This document shows positions 59,401 through 64,000 of a stretch of 64,000 nt of DNA, piece by piece. How positions within the stretch are numbered: position 1 is the stretch's first letter; each line of letters begins with the position of its first letter. The notes beneath the pieces are model-generated. The model was not told the origin of the DNA. It was given only the letters and a program-made list of their open reading frames with translations, and made no database searches. Source of the stretch: Phoronis australis (taxonomy: Eukaryota; Animalia; Phoronida); contig NMRA01000750.1 in the NCBI GenBank assembly GCA_002633005.1, positions 104,260 through 168,259 of the forward strand. The letters are read 5' to 3'. The position numbers and the translations under genes were made by a program.

Positions 59401-60720
59401 TATCAATGAAGAGGCTCCGCACGTCAAATCGCTGTTGTANCTGGCCCGAGGGGGGGTTTTAAACCCCCTGAACCCGCCCCCGTAGATCCGCCACTGGCTA
59501 CGGATCTTGGTAAATTGGCCTGCCGAACTTTGTAGACTACGGTGTGTTCAAATAGCAACAAATCCGTAACGGCGAAATAAAACAACACGTTTTTATAAGG
59601 GCTCGGTGTATTTTTAAGTGTTTTACATCGATGTTTGATGATTTATTGGTGTTAAACGATGAATTCAAGCGATAAGTTGACACCAGTAACCCATGTTGTG
59701 AACTGCTGAACAGACTGCGTGTGAAATTGGATAATTTCAAGATTAGTTTGGTCCAAAGCCACTAAAACTCTGGCACGTCAAGGTCGTAAAGCTGCTATGT
59801 CCATCTCTAAAATTAGAAACCGGTGCACGGAATTACCATTGAGCCTATCACTTGAACTGTTTGATAAAACTGCAGTACCAACTATGTGCTACGGCGCGGA
59901 AATCTGAGGATTCAAAGAATACGAATGGCTTGAAAATGTTTATGTTAAATTCTGTAAAATTGCTCTTGGAGTTGGAAACTCTTGCTCAAACGCAGCTGTA
60001 TTGGGTGAATGTGGAATTTATCCGCTCTATGCAAAGTATTATGTCACGTGTGTAAAATATTGGCTAAAGTTATTGAAAATGCCACCTACTAGATACGTTA
60101 AAGCGGCTTATGACATGTTAGTTGATTTAGATAGGAATGGAAGAAATACTTGGGTATCTTCTGTTAGACAATTGCTATCAAAATACGGTTTTTATCAAAT
60201 TTGGTTGAATCAAGGTGTCACGTGCGAAGTCTCGTTTTTAAGTTTCTTCGTGCAAAGAGTTAATGACTGTTATGAGCAAGGTTGGCGATCAGAAATTGAG
60301 CATAATGCAAAACTTAAATTCTACTCTAACTTTAAGATTCTGTACTGTTTTGAACCATATCTTAAGTTACCGCTACACAATAGTCTTATTCAAGCGTTTA
60401 CTCGTTTACGTTGCTCCAACCACAGACTATAAGTGGAAGTGGGTAGACACGAGAAAGTGGAATATTACAATAGATTACGTATGGCTTGCAATGATGGTCT
60501 TGTAGAGGATGAATACCATTTCCTGTTGGTTTGCAAGGGATATTGTGAACTTAGGTCACGTTTTATGAAGGAATTTCAATGGAGGCATCCAACTCAAGAA
60601 TCCTGTATACGCCTGCTCGCTAATCCAGATATATCTGCTGTTAAATATGTGTATTTTGCCCTTAAAAGACGAGAACAACTCTTAAATGGGTTGACTGCTT
60701 GTGCAAATGTGCCTGATTAA
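56494..60720 (+). pseudogene. LINE ORF2 (endonuclease-reverse transcriptase), disrupted
   Basis: Fragments 56494-57675, 58065-59225, 59192-59439 and 60001-60720. The catalytic YADD region is lost at the join at 59440. Confidence 0.8.
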
Positions 60721-60789
60721 TTGTTTTGTTTTGTTTATTGTACTTTGGGCCAGAGGCCTTCAATACAAATACATTTATAGAGAATAGTT

Positions 60790-61628
60790 TAGGTACCTTG
60801 AAAAACAGACTAGAAAACAGTAAAAATGGCCACTAAGTGGCGCAAAATACCTCGAATCCATCCGAAAATGGGAGGATGGCGTCACCTCATTAATAGATGC
60901 CTATGCGCCAAATTTTATTGAAATCTATCGATAACCTTTGAAGATACAGAGGTAAACGTATAAAATAAAATTGCCACTAGGATGCACGCCTGTAGTCCGA
61001 TCAGTCCGAAAATCGTCGTCGACCGTGGTCAATTTTATGTAAACACATTTGCTACATTTAATAAAGTTCCTGTAGAGCGTTTAGGAGATACTGCCATGGA
61101 CGCAAAAAACAACACTGCCACTAGGGGGCGCCACAGTAGTCGAAGTCGTCGGATAATTATCGTGAACCGTTCTCTTCATAGTAAGAACATACTGTGCCAA
61201 TTTTCGAATCATCCCTAGAGTGGTTTGATTGACAGAGGGGCGGACGCCAAAAACGGACTCGAAAATATTTAAAATGGCCTCTAGATGGCACAAAATGCCT
61301 TGAATCCATCCGATAGCGTCACCTCATGATGCCTATGTGCCAAATTTCATGCAAATTGGTTGGCCTTTGAACTTAGCTACAAAGGCAAACATAAAAAAGC
61401 TAAACATGGCACTAAGGGGCACAGCGGTATTTGGGTCGGTCCGAAACTCTTCGCCCTCTGTCGTCAACCCCATAGAAACACACCTGCCGAATTTCAGAAC
61501 TGAAGATCCTGCAAGACTAGGTTTAGGGTACAGCCGCGGACGCCGCCGGGACGCTCAGACCGCCCGGACGCCCAGACAGAGATGACGGCAATATGCACAC
61601 ACATATGAATATGTAGGCGCACAAAAAT
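60790..61628 (+). mobile_element. Helentron-associated (HINE / pearl-like) element
   Basis: ~150-bp degenerate units with ccactagg and aaatttcat, a GACG/GACC-rich microsatellite-like tract at 61536-61580, and the terminal hairpin gcacacacatat-ga-atatgtaggcgc followed by an A-run. Confidence 0.55.
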
Positions 61629-62439
61629 GTACTGTACCTTGGCTCTTGTTCTGTTTTTTTTCTTGACAATAATGTATTCAAAACATCACTTATGACGTCT
61701 TGGGGTCTTTAATTAAGGTTACTCCTGAAAAAGGCACACCAATTTTGCTAAATATCATCAAAAGGTTCACTGTTAGAAATACACCCTTTGCGTAATCCTG
61801 GTTACGGGTCTGGATGACAATTCGTTATAGATTTCATCAAACTCATTTACTAACTATAATATCTGTTTTCCAGGTACGTCAAGGAACTTAAACGTACCCG
61901 GAACTGGGAATTGTTAGAGGACCTTATTTCACGGGAGGCTGTCACTAGTATCGTGTTGAGTCTTATCAAATATAAAGAATATTCATGAAAGCCTTTATGT
62001 TCTTAAATCCTAAAATGCCTCTCAAGAAAGTATCATAATGCCCATGGTACGCTATTTTTCTGCAGTTCTATGATCTGTCAAATCTTCGCACGTGCAAGGT
62101 CAGCCGAGTACACTATTTCACGTCGGGTACATTTGTATTTCACGCGACAATGACCGCAACACTGAAGAGCCTCTACACCCCGGTAGTGAACATCAGTAGA
62201 CTGAACTGAGGTCTCATTGATGTCAGCCATGAAATTTACTGTTACTGACTATTAATGTCAGATTAAAGTATTATAATTAAAATTTCGGCAAAATTCATGG
62301 AAAATTGCCTCCGGCGACCATTTCAATTATTTTGTTATGTACCAGCACACTAACAGCGATCCGACTGCGGATCAGTCACGGTCGGAACTATAACGCCGTC
62401 CATCGGTCGTTCTCTGTCTTTATCCACCCAGTGTCAGAT

Positions 62440-63158
62440 CATGCGCGCGCACCCAGCCTTGGGGGGGGGGGGGGNNNNNNNNNNNNNNNNNNNNNNNNNN
62501 NNNNNNNNNNNNNNNNNNNNNNNNNNNNNNNNNNNNNNNNNNNNNNNNNNNNNNNNNNNNNNNNNNNNNNNNNNNNNNNNNNNNNNNNNNNNNNNNNNNN
62601 NNNNNNNNNNNNNNNNNNNNNNNNNNNNNNNNNNNNNNNNNNNNNNNNNNNNNNNNNNNNNNNNNNNNNNNNNNNNNNNNNNNNNNNNNNNNNNNNNNNN
62701 NNNNNNNNNNNNNNNNNNNNNNNNNNNNNNNNNNNNNNNNNNNNNNNNNNNNNNNNNNNNNNNNNNNNNNNNNNNNNNNNNNNNNNNNNNNNNNNNNNNN
62801 NNNNNNNNNNNNNNNNNNNNNNNNNNNNNNNNNNNNNNNNNNNNNNNNNNNNNNNNNNNNNNNNNNNNNNNNNNNNNNNNNNNNNNNNNNNNNNNNNNNN
62901 NNNNNNNNNNNNNNNNNNNNNNNNNNNNNNNNNNNNNNNNNNNNNNNNNNNNNNNNNNNNNNNNNNNNNNNNNNNNNNNNNNNNNNNNNNNNNNNNNNNN
63001 NNNNNNNNNNNNNNNNNNNNNNNNNNNNNNNNNNNNNNNNNNNNNNNNNNNNNNNNNNNNNNNNNNNNNNNNNNNNNNNNNNNNNNNNNNNNNNNNNNNN
63101 NNNNNGGGCTCCTTCAAGCCCCCCCCCCCCCCCCGAGTCCCCCCTGGGTGCGCGCATG
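62440..63158. mobile_element. MITE-like element spanning an assembly gap
   Basis: TIR catgcgcgcgcacccag / ctgggtgcgcgcatg with poly-G and poly-C subtermini either side of the N run. Confidence 0.55.
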
Positions 63159-63458
63159 CAGATTCTCCTTTTTTTTAAATTGTGTGTTACTTGATAAATT
63201 GGGAATCTCTGTTTATTGTGTCATGCATCATTTATCAATGCGTCATTTTCTCGCCAAACAAAAAGGGACGTTAGGCGAGAAAATAAACATTTGCCTGGGA
63301 GAGAAGTGCGCGACATCTATTGATGGCAGTCAGTTGCTGCATTTCCAACACGAGAGGGCAGCAGATGTACGCACATGCGCGATGTGTACTTCCTATTAAG
63401 TCCGCGTGGTGTTTTTGGTTTGAGATCGTTTTGGTTGCCGAGCTAGACGGGAGTCATT

Positions 63459-63503
63459 ATGTTGGTGCTGTTTGAGACTGCAGCGGGTTATGCCATTTTT
63501 AAG
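63459..63503 (+). CDS. NOP58: Nucleolar protein 58, first coding exon (gene continues beyond the window)
   Basis: MLVLFETAAGYAIFK followed by the phase-0 donor aag|gtttgg, matching the conserved NOP58 N-terminus MLVLFETxxGYAIFK. CpG-rich upstream region with NRF1-like gcacatgcgc. Confidence 0.85.
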
Positions 63504-63759
63504 GTTTGGATTCAAAATCGCATCTGCGTCTTGATGGGCTTGATTCGCGTCTATAGATAGACGAACATTTATCAGTCGAGTGCTCGACGCGGCACTTCTG
63601 AGTTTTGCCACAGGCGTCCACAGCTTCTGATCGTCCCCAAAATATATAATACTACAAGGTATGACAGACTAGAAATTCCACGGGTGCTTCACTTCAGCCG
63701 TCCACAGCAAACACAAAACAGATGTTCATCAAACCATGAAGAATTGTTCTTTCTCCCAA

Positions 63760-64000
63760 TACCATTTTACGGTGTCTTGCTCCACCGAGTTCACAAGAAA
63801 ATCTTCCCAAAAAGCTCGTTCGGAGCAACTCCTTGGTCCCACGTGCAGGGTACGGAATTATCCGATGTACATCCGTAACTCATCGGATAATTCCGTACCC
63901 TGCATGTGGGACCAAAGAGTTGCTCCGGACGGGCTTTTTGGGAAGATTTTTGACCGCGAATTTCTTGCAAACTTGGTGGAGCAGGACACTGTAAATGGTA
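63760..64000. mobile_element. Long near-perfect palindrome (MITE) in NOP58 intron 1
   Basis: Arms of ~110 bp, e.g. gcagggtacggaattatccgatg / catcggataattccgtaccctgc, with ends taccattttac / gtaaatggta. Confidence 0.8.

Larger units (their letters stand above)
55760..60778 (+). mobile_element. Non-LTR retrotransposon (LINE, RTEX-like), near full length but disrupted
   Basis: ORF1 55795-56451, then ORF2 with APE (SWNAHGL, VSETW, SGGVSVFIK, DLNAR, TVDY, SDHFP), RT (QAGFRKG, DFSKAFD, GTRQGCMISPLLF) and C-terminal GECGIYPL...RLRCSNHRL...EDEYHFLLVC. Contains stops, frameshifts and contig joins at 57994 and 59440. Confidence 0.88.

Overview
Intron-rich, AT-rich animal genomic DNA, most likely a marine invertebrate (species not identifiable from sequence alone), from a scaffolded assembly with two large N gaps (5897-6798, 62475-63105) and single-N contig joins. 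Four recognisable spliced genes were reconstructed by hand: a 2-exon C19orf25/UPF0449 homologue (- strand) head-to-head with a 6-exon UCP/ucpB-like SLC25 mitochondrial carrier (+ strand); a 12-exon AP-3 medium subunit gene (AP3M, - strand, 418 aa) facing the carrier tail-to-tail; and the first exon of NOP58 at the right edge. There is also a probable small secreted PAN/apple-like gene. The rest is mostly transposon debris: MITEs, hAT, Kolobok, Penelope, Gypsy, an RTEX-like LINE and Helentron-associated repeats. The most notable signal is in AP3M: its penultimate exon is present as three intact, divergent, same-phase paralogous copies (a mutually exclusive exon cluster). These copies change the residues homologous to the hydrophobic pocket that binds YxxPhi sorting signals, which suggests splice-switched cargo specificity from a single gene. 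A 54-bp tandem repeat also re-duplicates the exon-2 splice donor of the same gene seven times.
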